This document shows positions 8,096 to 19,414 of a stretch of 47,730 nucleotides of DNA, piece after piece. The DNA is from Candidatus Aminicenantes bacterium (GTDB taxonomy: Bacteria > Acidobacteriota > Aminicenantia > UBA2199). The translations under genes and the position numbers were made by a program. Each line of letters starts with the position of its first letter. Position 1 is the stretch's first letter. The notes below the pieces were generated by a model. That model saw only the letters and a list, made by a program, of their open reading frames with translations. It did no database searches and was not told the DNA's origin. The stretch is taken from NCBI GenBank assembly GCA_022865785.1, contig JALHTJ010000205.1:1-47730 (forward strand), given 5' to 3'.

Positions 8096-8791
8096 TTATT
8101 GCGGCTTGTTTTGTTCATCCCAATCTTTCGCCGCTTCCAGAACCATCTGCGTCAATGATTTGTTGATTTTGTTTTCCCTAAGATGATTGATATATTCAAT
8201 GTTGATTTTTTTTATTTCCATATCGGGTTTTACAAATTCTCCGATTGCTTCATCAACCGAGAGACCGCCGGCTTCAATATCGGCAACTTTTCCATCTTTA
8301 AAGAAAATCTTACCGTCTTGGTTTCCGATCTTTAGCGACATGATCCCCGTCTTTTTTTCCATTTCCAAGACCTGCAATATGCCAAATATGCTTATTCCTG
8401 AAATCAAGTCTTTATTTTCCGTTCTTTTTAGTATTTCATTTATCCTTTTATCAAGATCTTCAAAAAAAACCGGCTTTTTCAGGTAATCAACAATGCCATA
8501 TTCACTGAATTTTTTCTCTGATATTTCCAAATCTGTACCAGTCATGATGATAACCGGCAACCATATCTTGCGGTTATGAAGTTCTGCCAGGAATTGCAGA
8601 CCATCCATGACCGGCATCTGAATATCAAGGATGACAAGAACTATTTTGTCTTTTTTTAAAATTTCAAGGGCTTCCTGGCCATTGGCGGCGGTAAGAAAAC
8701 CATATTTATATCCTTTTTTTAACATATGATCAGTAAAAAGTTGCACAAGCGGCTTGCTGTCATCTACAAACAAAATGTTTTGTGTGCTCAT
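8096..8791 (-). CDS. Response regulator: receiver domain plus a C-terminal DUF4388-like domain
   Basis: REC domain: ILFVDDS...LVILDIQMPVMDGLQFL...IIMTG. C-terminus: ISIFGILQVLEMEKKTGIMSLKIGNQDGKIFFKDGKVADIEAGG, which matches the DUF4388 pattern from memory. Confidence 0.75.
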   Translation of the reverse strand: MSTQNILFVDDSKPLVQLFTDHMLKKGYKYGFLTAANGQEALEILKKDKIVLVILDIQMPVMDGLQFLAELHNRKIWLPVIIMTGTDLEISEKKFSEYGIVDYLKKPVFFEDLDKRINEILKRTENKDLISGISIFGILQVLEMEKKTGIMSLKIGNQDGKIFFKDGKVADIEAGGLSVDEAIGEFVKPDMEIKKINIEYINHLRENKINKSLTQMVLEAAKDWDEQNKPQ

Positions 8792-8872
8792 GAAAAATCA
8801 CCTATTTTTATGAATTTTTTTCCATTCCATACCGGTCTTAAATACTTGTTGACAAGAATTTCCCGATAAAAT

Positions 8873-9646
8873 TCAGGAGGCTTCATCGATGATGCCTTTA
8901 ACAATGGCGACAAGCTGCCGGGTCAATTTTACTAGATATTCTTGAGGTTGATCATTGGCAAAATCCATGTCCAGCTCTCTGGCAATACTTTCCAATTCTT
9001 TCAAACCAAAATATCCGGCATTGCCTTTGTATTCATGGGCAATGGCTTTAATTTTCTTTATTTGATCTTCATCGTCAGCATGCTCCAGCGCTTCGGCCAA
9101 TATTTGCAGTTTTTCTTGCGAATCCACGATGAAAATATTTTTGGCTGCATCTGAAATGGATTGATTGATTCTATATGGATGGGCATCAGCCGGAACACTC
9201 TTTTTCTCCATATCCTGGCCTTGGGAAGTTTTTTCCCAGTCATCGTGCAATTTCAAATAATCGTTGATTTTGACGAAAAAAGATTCAAAGTCTATCGGCT
9301 TGGTTATATAGCCATTGGCGCCGGCCGCAAAACTTGCATCCATGTCTTTTTTCAATGAATCCGCGGATACGGCAACAATTGCGCCAGGGAATTTCTTATT
9401 TCGCAAGCTCTGAATTACCTCATTGCCATTCATGTCAGGCAATTGGATATCCATCAGGATCAAATCCGGCTTGTTTTTTAGAGCAATTTTCAGCGCTTCC
9501 AGCCCGTTTTTAGCCAGCATTACAGAATTAAAGCCTTGATTCTCAAATTTTTTCATCATTAGCAATTGGTTGATTCGATTGTCTTCAACTATCAATATCT
9601 TTGGAGTATCTTGCATGAGAATCTGGCTGGATGGCATTTTTAACAT
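8873..9646 (-). CDS. Response regulator receiver domain fused to a C-terminal Hpt domain
   Basis: REC domain: ILIVEDNRINQ...LILMDIQLPDMNGNEV...AVSAD. Hpt motif: AHEYKGNAGYFGL. The start could be any of the Met codons at 9646, 9637 or 9616. Confidence 0.8.
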   Translation of the reverse strand: MLKMPSSQILMQDTPKILIVEDNRINQLLMMKKFENQGFNSVMLAKNGLEALKIALKNKPDLILMDIQLPDMNGNEVIQSLRNKKFPGAIVAVSADSLKKDMDASFAAGANGYITKPIDFESFFVKINDYLKLHDDWEKTSQGQDMEKKSVPADAHPYRINQSISDAAKNIFIVDSQEKLQILAEALEHADDEDQIKKIKAIAHEYKGNAGYFGLKELESIARELDMDFANDQPQEYLVKLTRQLVAIVKGIIDEAS

Positions 9647-9713
9647 TTATATATCAGGAGCAGTTGAAAGTCAAGTTTGATTAATTCTGCTGATTCAGTC
9701 TACTGATCCATTC

Positions 9714-9742
9714 TTGACTTGGAAAAATTTATTGAGCATAAT
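9714..9742 (+). promoter_or_regulatory. Candidate sigma70-type promoter of the hybrid kinase gene
   Basis: TTGACT (9714-9719), 17 nt, CATAAT (9737-9742), about 60 nt upstream of ATG 9803. Confidence 0.4.
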
Positions 9743-9802
9743 TTGGGCCAATGAATGATTGCTTTACTAATTTGCCAAAATATTTTCAATGCGGAGAATA
9801 AA

Positions 9803-12415
<2,613 letters not shown>

Positions 12416-12431
12416 TCATTTCATATTTTGA

Positions 12432-12456
12432 GATGGTCTTGCCCATCAAGGCCATC
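12432..12456 (+). terminator. Hairpin downstream of the kinase gene; a weak terminator candidate with no clear U-tract
   Basis: GATGGTCTT (12432-12440) pairs with AAGGCCATC (12448-12456), giving 9 bp including one G:U, with a 7-nt loop. Confidence 0.3.
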
Positions 12457-12599
12457 GCAGATTGTTGATGCCAGCTTGAGCAATGGGAAAATATATTTTT
12501 AATGACAACACATTAATCGTTACATCAAGCCGCTGAACTTCTTTTCCAGGCCAAAGCATCAGGAAGAAACAGGGATATTAGGGATACCGATTTGCCTGA

Positions 12600-13343
12600 A
12601 TGGAAAACAGGCGATGTCGGATGAAAACAAATTCAAAGTCAGTCTTTTTTTACTTATGGTTGTTTTTAATCATAGTCTGTGCTATCACCATGCAGATGGA
12701 AGACCACCTGATTCCAAAAATAAAGATTTCGCAGATCATCAATAAAGAAAATTTGGAAAACCCGAAAGAAATTGAGCTTCTTAGGGCGGAAATAGAACAG
12801 TACCTGACAACCAATATGACCAACAGAGCCGTCACTATGGACGAACAATCTTATGATCAATTGTCCCCGGCCCAGGCAAGTGTTTTTTTTCGCAAACTGG
12901 ATAGGGAAGAAAACACCAAGTTGATTTTGCAATACATGCTTTCCTTTTTGAACGAAATCCCCGCCGCCAACAGAACCAACGGAGAAATGATCGACCCGGT
13001 CAAACAGTTCCAGGAATTTCTCCAATCCGAAGTAGCCCTGCTGCTTGAAGAAGACGTGATCAGAGCCATTTTGCTCGAGTACAGCGAAAATGGCCTACAA
13101 GAGGCCGACAATTATTGGCACTACGAGGCCCGGGTCATGGACAAGCGCCTGGAACTGGAATACCTGCTCGCAGAGATTCCTAAAGAGCCGACGCAAACCT
13201 ATTTGCAACTTTTTAGGGTGTTGAAAAATCTTTGTTTATTCTGGTTTGACATAGGTCGCGAGGACGTGAGCCAGGCCAGGCGCAGCGATATTTACATGTA
13301 TAAACTGGCCTGCCTCCTGCAGAGTAAAATGCAAAAGAAATGA
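12600..13343 (+). CDS. Hypothetical protein, paralogue A. It has an N-terminal TM or signal segment and no recognisable domain.
   Basis: A 247-aa ORF (alternative start 12621, MKTNSK). Hydrophobic segment FFYLWLFLIIVCAITM. The remainder looks helical. It is clearly homologous to the next ORF. Confidence 0.6.
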   Translation: MENRRCRMKTNSKSVFFYLWLFLIIVCAITMQMEDHLIPKIKISQIINKENLENPKEIELLRAEIEQYLTTNMTNRAVTMDEQSYDQLSPAQASVFFRKLDREENTKLILQYMLSFLNEIPAANRTNGEMIDPVKQFQEFLQSEVALLLEEDVIRAILLEYSENGLQEADNYWHYEARVMDKRLELEYLLAEIPKEPTQTYLQLFRVLKNLCLFWFDIGREDVSQARRSDIYMYKLACLLQSKMQKK

Positions 13344-13963
13344 CAATTTCTGAAATCATCGCCAAGGATAAGTGCTATACCCAGGATGAAATAGAGCAGT
13401 TGCAGGCTGAAGTGGAGTTTTTTTTAAATAAAAAGGAGCCAAGCCAAGCCGAGATATTGTCACAAAGATCCAACCTGTTTGTTTCACCCGCGCCCTTTAA
13501 AATGCTTTTCCGAAGCAAGGAACGCAACGAAAATATCAGCCAGATCCTTCAACAGCTGGTCGCTTTCCTGATCCATATTCCCACAACATCCGAAGGCGAA
13601 AACCAAGCGCTCGGCCCACTCGACAAGTTCATGGAATGCGTCCTCTTCGAAGTGGACCTGCTTCAGGCAGATGACATAGGCAATGCCGTTTTCAACTCAG
13701 TTAACCAGATGGGTTCGCTCAATGGCGATAATGTCTGGGACTACATGGGGCGGATCATCGAAAAGAACCGGGAATTGAATGAACTGCTTATCACCGGCAC
13801 CAGCGACGCGGCAAGCAATTTTATTACCTTGTGCCTGGTTTTGGAAGAATTGTGTCTATTTTGGTTCGAGGTCAAACAAGAAGATATGCGCCGCATCCGC
13901 CTCAGCGACATTTTCACATTCAAACTGGCCCGTATTTTGCAGGACCGCTGCCGGCAAACTTGA
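13340..13963 (+). CDS. Hypothetical protein, paralogue B, with no TM segment
   Basis: A 207-aa ORF whose start overlaps the stop of paralogue A (ATGA at 13340-13343). The C-terminal block LCLFWFEVKQEDMRRIRLSDIFTFKLARILQ aligns with LCLFWFDIGREDVSQARRSDIYMYKLACLLQ. Further blocks align as well (EIEQLQAEVEFFL vs EIELLRAEIEQYL; ILQQLVAFLIHIP vs ILQYMLSFLNEIP). Confidence 0.6.
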   Translation: MTISEIIAKDKCYTQDEIEQLQAEVEFFLNKKEPSQAEILSQRSNLFVSPAPFKMLFRSKERNENISQILQQLVAFLIHIPTTSEGENQALGPLDKFMECVLFEVDLLQADDIGNAVFNSVNQMGSLNGDNVWDYMGRIIEKNRELNELLITGTSDAASNFITLCLVLEELCLFWFEVKQEDMRRIRLSDIFTFKLARILQDRCRQT

Positions 13964-14128
13964 GGATCATGAACCGCCAGGGCCAGAAAAGTGAATTGAA
14001 ATCGCGGCGAGCGCCACCAGGCTGTTGATAAAATCCAGCGCCTGGCAGGCGTTCATTCTTCAGAAGAACCTGGCGGCAAGTTCAAAATCAAAAAGCGGTT
14101 GCGATCCTGCCTTGATTCAAGGCCCGGG

Positions 14129-17100
14129 TCAAGCGCTGAAATTTTCCTCTAAAACCCGGTCCAGGGCGGCTGTCAAAAAATCCGCGTTCTGCAAATTGAA
14201 GGGCATGGGCGGCCTGATTTTCAAGACATTGTGCCAGGGCCCGTCAGTGCCGATGAGAATGCCGAGCTCGCGCATGCGGTTGACGATAAAAGCGGCTTCC
14301 TCGGCCGCCGGTTCCAGGGTCAGACGATCCTTGACCAGCTCGACGCCCAGGAAAAGACCGCTGCCGCGCACATCACCAACAAGGGGATAGCGTTTCGCAA
14401 GCGGTTGCAGCCCTTTAAGCAATTGCTCGCCGACGGTCAAGGCGTGTTCCATCAAACGCTCTTCCTGCACAATACGCAGTACGGCCTCGCCCACCGCGCA
14501 GGAAACCGGATTGCCGCCGAAGGTGCTGAAAAACTCCATGCCGTTGTCAAAAGCGGCCGCGATATCAGCCGTGGTGATCACGGCGCTGAGGGGATGGCCA
14601 TTGCCGATCGGCTTGCCGAGAACAACAATATCGGGCACCACATCCTGCTTCATGAAAGCGTAGAAATGGCTGCCGCTGCGGCCGTAGCCTGTCTGCACCT
14701 CATCGGCAATGCATAACCCTCCGGCTTGACGGACCAGGCGGTATACGTTTGCAAGATAGCCCGGGGGAAAGAATATCTGGCCGCCCACACTGGGACAACT
14801 TTCAGCGATGAATCCGGCCGGGGTCCGACCACTTTGCTGCAGCAGGTCGATGGCCTCCTGAACATGGCCGGCGTACTTGATGCCAGCCTGCGCATCGCCG
14901 GCTTTATAAGGTCCGCGATAGACATCGGCCAGTGGGACCGTGTGCACCCAGTCCGGCGCCCCGGTTCCTCCCGGTCCGTCATGCTTGTAGGGGCTGATAT
15001 CTATGAGCGATGTGGTATGCCCATGGTAGGCCGCCGCCAAAACGATCATGTCCCGTTGCCCCGTGTAAGCCCGGGCCAGGCGCAGGGCCAATTCATTGCC
15101 CTCGCTGGAGGAATTGACAAAAAAACAAACGCGCAAAGGGGCCGGCAACGTGGCAGCCAAACGCTCGGCATAGCGGTTGATGGTATCGTGGAGGTAACGC
15201 GTGTTGGTGTTGAGCAACTCCATTTGCCGCCTGGCGGCCGCCACTACTTCGGGATGACAATGTCCGACATGGGGGACGTTGTTGTAGGCGTCCAGGTAGC
15301 GGCGTCCGTTTTCATCAAAAAGGTATTGCATCCAGCCGCGGACCAGTTTGAGCGGTTCACGATAACTGAGGCTCACACTGGCGCCGATGGACATCCGCCG
15401 CGAAGCCAGGGTCTCGGCCCTGGTCGGTTCAGGATCCGGGAACAGCATTTCCGGAACAGCCAGGATCAGGTTCGGATCGGGAGAAAACGCGCCCCACAAT
15501 TCCCGATCAGCGGCGGCGGCCACCCCGGGAAAATCGCCGCCCATTTCCAGCAAATCCAGTATAATCTGAAAATGCAGGTGGGGCGTCCAGCCGCCGTTGA
15601 CATCGGCACTGCCGATCCTGCCGATGATCTGCCCTTTTTTCACCAACTGTCCCGTCTGCAACCCCGCCAGCGAATCAAGACTCAGATGGCCGTACAGCGT
15701 AAAGAAAGGCTCGCCGGCTCCGGTTTGATGCCGCAGGACGATCACCGGCCCGTAATCCAGAGGCGCCTGATTGCGGGCGCAGGCAAACACTTCGCCGCTC
15801 AGCGGGGCGCAAACCGCTGACCCGGCAGCCATGAATACATCCATGCCCAAATGCACGGTGCGATTGTTTTCGGCAAAGAGATCGTTCCCGGCAAACAAAG
15901 GCGACGTATAAAGCAGACGGGCTTCGTTGTAGCGGCCGATGCCGATCTTCACCCCGGCCTGATCCATGGCAGCCCAGAGACGCTTGCTGAGATCGGGCTC
16001 AAGGTTGTTTTCGCAATCTCCAGCCAAATGGTGACTGGCGATGCCCAAATCAAAGATCAACAGCGGTTCATGACGGAGATCATGGCCGCAGACCGCCGCC
16101 ATATTTTTTCTATTTTTTCGCAGCCACTCCCTGATCGCAGCGGCCTTTGGCAAAGGGGGCAAACCGCAGGCCTGGCGGATCCTGGCTTCGGCAAAACGCC
16201 GCTGGATGCGAAACAATTGCGGCAAGGAGCGACGGATCGATTTCTGGCTGATGGACAGGTATTCATCCTTTGGCTGCTGGCTTTGCTGCTTAACGGCCAG
16301 GCAGGCGCTCAGGCACAGGCGCAGGCGCGCTAGGTCGAAAAGAACGGCCATTTCCGATTCTTCAAGGGGAAAGACGGCGTGATAAGCGGCGGCAATTTGA
16401 GCGGCCACGGCGAGTGGATCGGGCTTATCAAGGACAGCGTAAGCCATGGCCACGGCCAGATCGCCGACCGTGTAACTGTAGACAAGGTCGCCGAAATCAA
16501 TTATCCCGACCACCTGCTGATCTTTTGTAAAAAGGTCGCCGCCGCCGCCGACCAGGACATTGTAATTATTGGCATCATTTAGAATCACACTGCGGCGCAA
16601 ATCCGGCAACAAGGGGCCGACCTGGCGATTGAAATCGGCACTGCCTGCTTCGATCAGCTTTTTGAGCAGGGGATCTTCTATAAGCGGAAGATATTTTTCA
16701 ATGCAAGCGGGAGCTTGGGCCAGTTCCCAGTAAAAATCCCTATGGGCGCCGGCAGCATCGAAATCAGCCAGGCCCTTGTCGATCTCACCCATACAGCGGC
16801 CCAGATCGCTCAAAAGGCCGGGGCTATGCCTTTTGACATTGGCCAGCGGTCGGCCCGGCAAGTAGGAAACCAGTCGCAAAAAATGCTTGTCCCCGGCCGG
16901 GGCAGTGATTTCGCTGATAAACTCACCGTTTTTCGCGGCCACGACCTGCGGACAAAAAGACAAATGATTTTTTAAATGGCACATGGCCTGATTCTGGGTT
17001 TCCAACTGGATCCGATCTTCTTTGGCGTTGGCAATTTTCAGAATATAGCGCTCCCCGGTCGCAGCGGTCATTAAAAAATTCTGATCCCGCTCGCTGGGAA

Positions 17101-17209
17101 GAGGTTGGGCACTTGCCGGCAGCTCAAACGCATTCTTTACAATGGCGGCCGCGTCAAGCGCAGTGAACTTGGGCTTGGATTGCAAAAACGACAGATCGCG
17201 GTTCTTCAT
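14129..17209 (-). CDS. Three-domain fusion protein: APH/hydroxylysine-kinase-like phosphotransferase, M23 peptidase domain, and class-III aminotransferase of the AGXT2L/phospho-lyase-like type
   Basis: N-terminus: VILNDANNYNVLV and GIIDFGD (APH catalytic and Mg motifs). Middle: HLGMD...TPHLHFQI (M23 HxxxD/HxH). C-terminus: YLFDENGRRYLDAYNNVPHVGHCHPEV, DEVQTGYGRSG, VLGKPIGNGHPLS (PLP lysine context). Confidence 0.8.
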   Translation of the reverse strand: MKNRDLSFLQSKPKFTALDAAAIVKNAFELPASAQPLPSERDQNFLMTAATGERYILKIANAKEDRIQLETQNQAMCHLKNHLSFCPQVVAAKNGEFISEITAPAGDKHFLRLVSYLPGRPLANVKRHSPGLLSDLGRCMGEIDKGLADFDAAGAHRDFYWELAQAPACIEKYLPLIEDPLLKKLIEAGSADFNRQVGPLLPDLRRSVILNDANNYNVLVGGGGDLFTKDQQVVGIIDFGDLVYSYTVGDLAVAMAYAVLDKPDPLAVAAQIAAAYHAVFPLEESEMAVLFDLARLRLCLSACLAVKQQSQQPKDEYLSISQKSIRRSLPQLFRIQRRFAEARIRQACGLPPLPKAAAIREWLRKNRKNMAAVCGHDLRHEPLLIFDLGIASHHLAGDCENNLEPDLSKRLWAAMDQAGVKIGIGRYNEARLLYTSPLFAGNDLFAENNRTVHLGMDVFMAAGSAVCAPLSGEVFACARNQAPLDYGPVIVLRHQTGAGEPFFTLYGHLSLDSLAGLQTGQLVKKGQIIGRIGSADVNGGWTPHLHFQIILDLLEMGGDFPGVAAAADRELWGAFSPDPNLILAVPEMLFPDPEPTRAETLASRRMSIGASVSLSYREPLKLVRGWMQYLFDENGRRYLDAYNNVPHVGHCHPEVVAAARRQMELLNTNTRYLHDTINRYAERLAATLPAPLRVCFFVNSSSEGNELALRLARAYTGQRDMIVLAAAYHGHTTSLIDISPYKHDGPGGTGAPDWVHTVPLADVYRGPYKAGDAQAGIKYAGHVQEAIDLLQQSGRTPAGFIAESCPSVGGQIFFPPGYLANVYRLVRQAGGLCIADEVQTGYGRSGSHFYAFMKQDVVPDIVVLGKPIGNGHPLSAVITTADIAAAFDNGMEFFSTFGGNPVSCAVGEAVLRIVQEERLMEHALTVGEQLLKGLQPLAKRYPLVGDVRGSGLFLGVELVKDRLTLEPAAEEAAFIVNRMRELGILIGTDGPWHNVLKIRPPMPFNLQNADFLTAALDRVLEENFSA

Positions 17210-17375
17210 ACTTGTTTTTCCCTTGGCCGTAACAGTATATCAGCAAAGCTTCCGGCTGACAATTTCGTATGGCAGCAGCATCCCCGGGCCGGGATCTGAA
17301 AAATGCGCGCGCCCGACAGTTGATAAAAATATTTATTGTGGTAGTATGATAGATAGGTCCAAGGCCAGGTGAAAC

Positions 17376-17774
17376 ATGGAAAAAAGAAAAAACACACGCT
17401 ACGACGTCCTGCAGGAGATGAAAGGCAAGCTGTACAACGTGGTCAGCTTCCTGGTCAACAACATCAGCATAGACGGCGTCAACCTGATCTGCAATTTTCA
17501 ACCGGTCATCGGCTCGACATATAAAATATACCTGATCCCCAACAGCGATGGCAGCCAGCAGGATTTTGAGATCGAGATCAGCCGCGCCGAAGTCGCAGCA
17601 TTCGACCCGCAAAAGTATTCCGCCCTGGCCCCGGGCCTGCTCTTTTCCGTCGGTGCCAGGTTCAAAACCCTTGACCAAAAGCAGCGGGCATTCCTGGCCG
17701 CCTTTATAAAGAAAAAATCAAACGGTTTGGAAGAAGGCTTCATCAGCAAAAACAAAATCAAGTCCGGTTCCTGA
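17376..17774 (+). CDS. PilZ domain protein (putative c-di-GMP receptor)
   Basis: RKNTR (RxxxR) at residues 4-8 and NISIDG (N/DxSxxG) about 20 residues later. 132 aa. Confidence 0.65.
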   Translation: MEKRKNTRYDVLQEMKGKLYNVVSFLVNNISIDGVNLICNFQPVIGSTYKIYLIPNSDGSQQDFEIEISRAEVAAFDPQKYSALAPGLLFSVGARFKTLDQKQRAFLAAFIKKKSNGLEEGFISKNKIKSGS

Positions 17775-17789
17775 GGTTATCGAGATTTC

Positions 17790-18380
17790 ATGAATCCCGA
17801 TCCGGTCGCGGTCATCGTCCTGGCCGGGGGGCGCAGCCGGCGCATGAACCGGGAAAAATCCCTGCTCCTGGACAACAACGGCCGACCTTTGATCGAAGCG
17901 ATCATCGCCCAGCTCCGCCCCTTTTTTACCGGGATCATGATCAGCGCCGGAGACAAGGACAAATTCGCTTTCCTGAACCTGCCGGTCATCATGGACGAAG
18001 CTCCGGGACAGGGCCCGCTATTGGCCATTTTGACCGCCCTGCGGGCGTCGCCCCAGGCCGGCAATTTCATTATGGCCTGCGATATTCCCGTCATCCATAT
18101 TCCATTCATACAAAAGATCCTGGCCCGGTCGCCGCGTTATGAGATCGTGGTCCCGTGCTATAAAGACGGGAAATTCGAACCGCTTTTTGCCTTTTATCAT
18201 CGCAGCATCATCGCGGCCATCGAAAGGCAGATCGGGACCGGGGACCTGAGAATATCATCCCTGTTCCGGACCTGCCGCACCGGCTTCGTGCCCATGGACG
18301 GGCAAAAATGGTTCCGCAATCTGAATACCCTGGAGGAGTACTATGCCTACCTTAAAAGCGAAAAAAAAACCGTCTCCTAA
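17790..18380 (+). CDS. mobA: Molybdenum cofactor guanylyltransferase
   Basis: VIVLAGGRSRRMNREKSLL, PGQGPLLAILTAL, MACDIP. 196 aa. Confidence 0.8.
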   Translation: MNPDPVAVIVLAGGRSRRMNREKSLLLDNNGRPLIEAIIAQLRPFFTGIMISAGDKDKFAFLNLPVIMDEAPGQGPLLAILTALRASPQAGNFIMACDIPVIHIPFIQKILARSPRYEIVVPCYKDGKFEPLFAFYHRSIIAAIERQIGTGDLRISSLFRTCRTGFVPMDGQKWFRNLNTLEEYYAYLKSEKKTVS

Positions 18381-19095
18381 AACCCGCCGGAATGCGAGGC
18401 TGGTGCCTCTGCCCGAAGAGGCTTTGCTGACCATCGAGGTCGACGGCCGCACCCTGAGCCGCTTGAGCTGCTCGCCCTTCGACCGCAGGGAACTGGTCCT
18501 GGGCTGGCTTTTCTCCCAGGGACTGCTGCAGACCCCGGGCGATGCCGCCGCCCTGCGCTTCCAGGCCGACCGGGCCCTGGTGCGCTTGCGGCCCACAGCC
18601 GCGCCGCGCCTGGAACAATACCACCCGGTCCAGGTGGTTGCCTGCTCGGGCGGCGACGTGCAGCCGGGCCTGTTTTCTAATCCGCCCAAAACAACCAGGA
18701 AATACGCTTTCACCCTGCCGCAGGCGATCCGCCTGATGGAGCAGCTGCCCGGGCGAACACCCCTGTTCAAAAAGCACGGCGGCATTCACTGCTCCATGCT
18801 GGCCGATATGCGCGAGCAAAGCATCCTGGTCAGCCGGGAAGACATCAGCCGCAGCAACAGCGTGGACAAGGTCATCGGCTGGGGGCTCGTCCACGGCGCC
18901 GATTTTTCTCGCACCGCCCTTTTCATCACCGGCCGCGTTTCGGCGGAGATGGCCCTGAAGGTGCTGCATGCAGGCATCCCGGCCCTGGTTTCCCAGACCA
19001 CCCTGACCGGCAAGGCCCTGGAGATCGTGCGCCAAAGTGGCCTGACCCTGATCGGCCACGTGCTCAAGCCGCGGCCCATCCTGCTCAATTTCTAA
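18343..19095 (+). CDS. fdhD: Formate dehydrogenase accessory sulfurtransferase FdhD
   Basis: LTIEVDGRTL..SPFDRRELVLGWLFSQGLL, HGGIHCS, SRSNSVDKVIGW, ITGRVSAEMALKVLHAGIPALVS. It overlaps mobA by 38 nt. Confidence 0.8.
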   Translation: MPTLKAKKKPSPKTRRNARLVPLPEEALLTIEVDGRTLSRLSCSPFDRRELVLGWLFSQGLLQTPGDAAALRFQADRALVRLRPTAAPRLEQYHPVQVVACSGGDVQPGLFSNPPKTTRKYAFTLPQAIRLMEQLPGRTPLFKKHGGIHCSMLADMREQSILVSREDISRSNSVDKVIGWGLVHGADFSRTALFITGRVSAEMALKVLHAGIPALVSQTTLTGKALEIVRQSGLTLIGHVLKPRPILLNF

Positions 19096-19109
19096 TGCGC
19101 GGGCATATG

Positions 19110-19362
19110 CGGCCGCGGTTTGAATCACTTTTTATACATACACATGCCCTTTTCAACTCATCCCCAGCCCCTTCTCTTGCGAAAAGAAGGGGAATCATCT
19201 TACCCCCCTCTCTTTTGGAAAGAGAGGTACGCATCGCTATGCCGAGGTTTTACGAGGTATCCAGCAATGCCATCCCGCAACGCAGGGGGCTGGGGTGAGT
19301 TTGCCTTGGGCTCTTTCCATCAGGTTTTTGCATAATTGAATGCATTCACGGCCGCGGTTTGA
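19110..19362. repeat. Hairpin-dense intergenic element of about 225 bp bounded by 14-nt direct repeats (REP/MITE-like)
   Basis: CGGCCGCGGTTTGA occurs at 19110-19123 and again at 19349-19362. Inside are an outer 10-bp pairing CCCCAGCCCC (19162-19171) / GGGGCTGGGG (19286-19295), hairpin 19168-19192 (12-bp stem with one mismatch) and hairpin 19207-19227 (9-bp stem). Confidence 0.6.
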
Positions 19363-19414
19363 TATCCCGGGGTCCTTCTGCTATGATGCAAAAAATGCAA
19401 CTGGAGGTGTGCCC

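Noticed and set aside
19095-19335. Two small track ORFs (67 and 71 aa) between fdhD and the ferritin-like gene
   Set aside because: They are translations of stacked palindromes (PLLLRKEGE, PPLFWKER). They have no RBS and lie inside the direct-repeat-bounded element.
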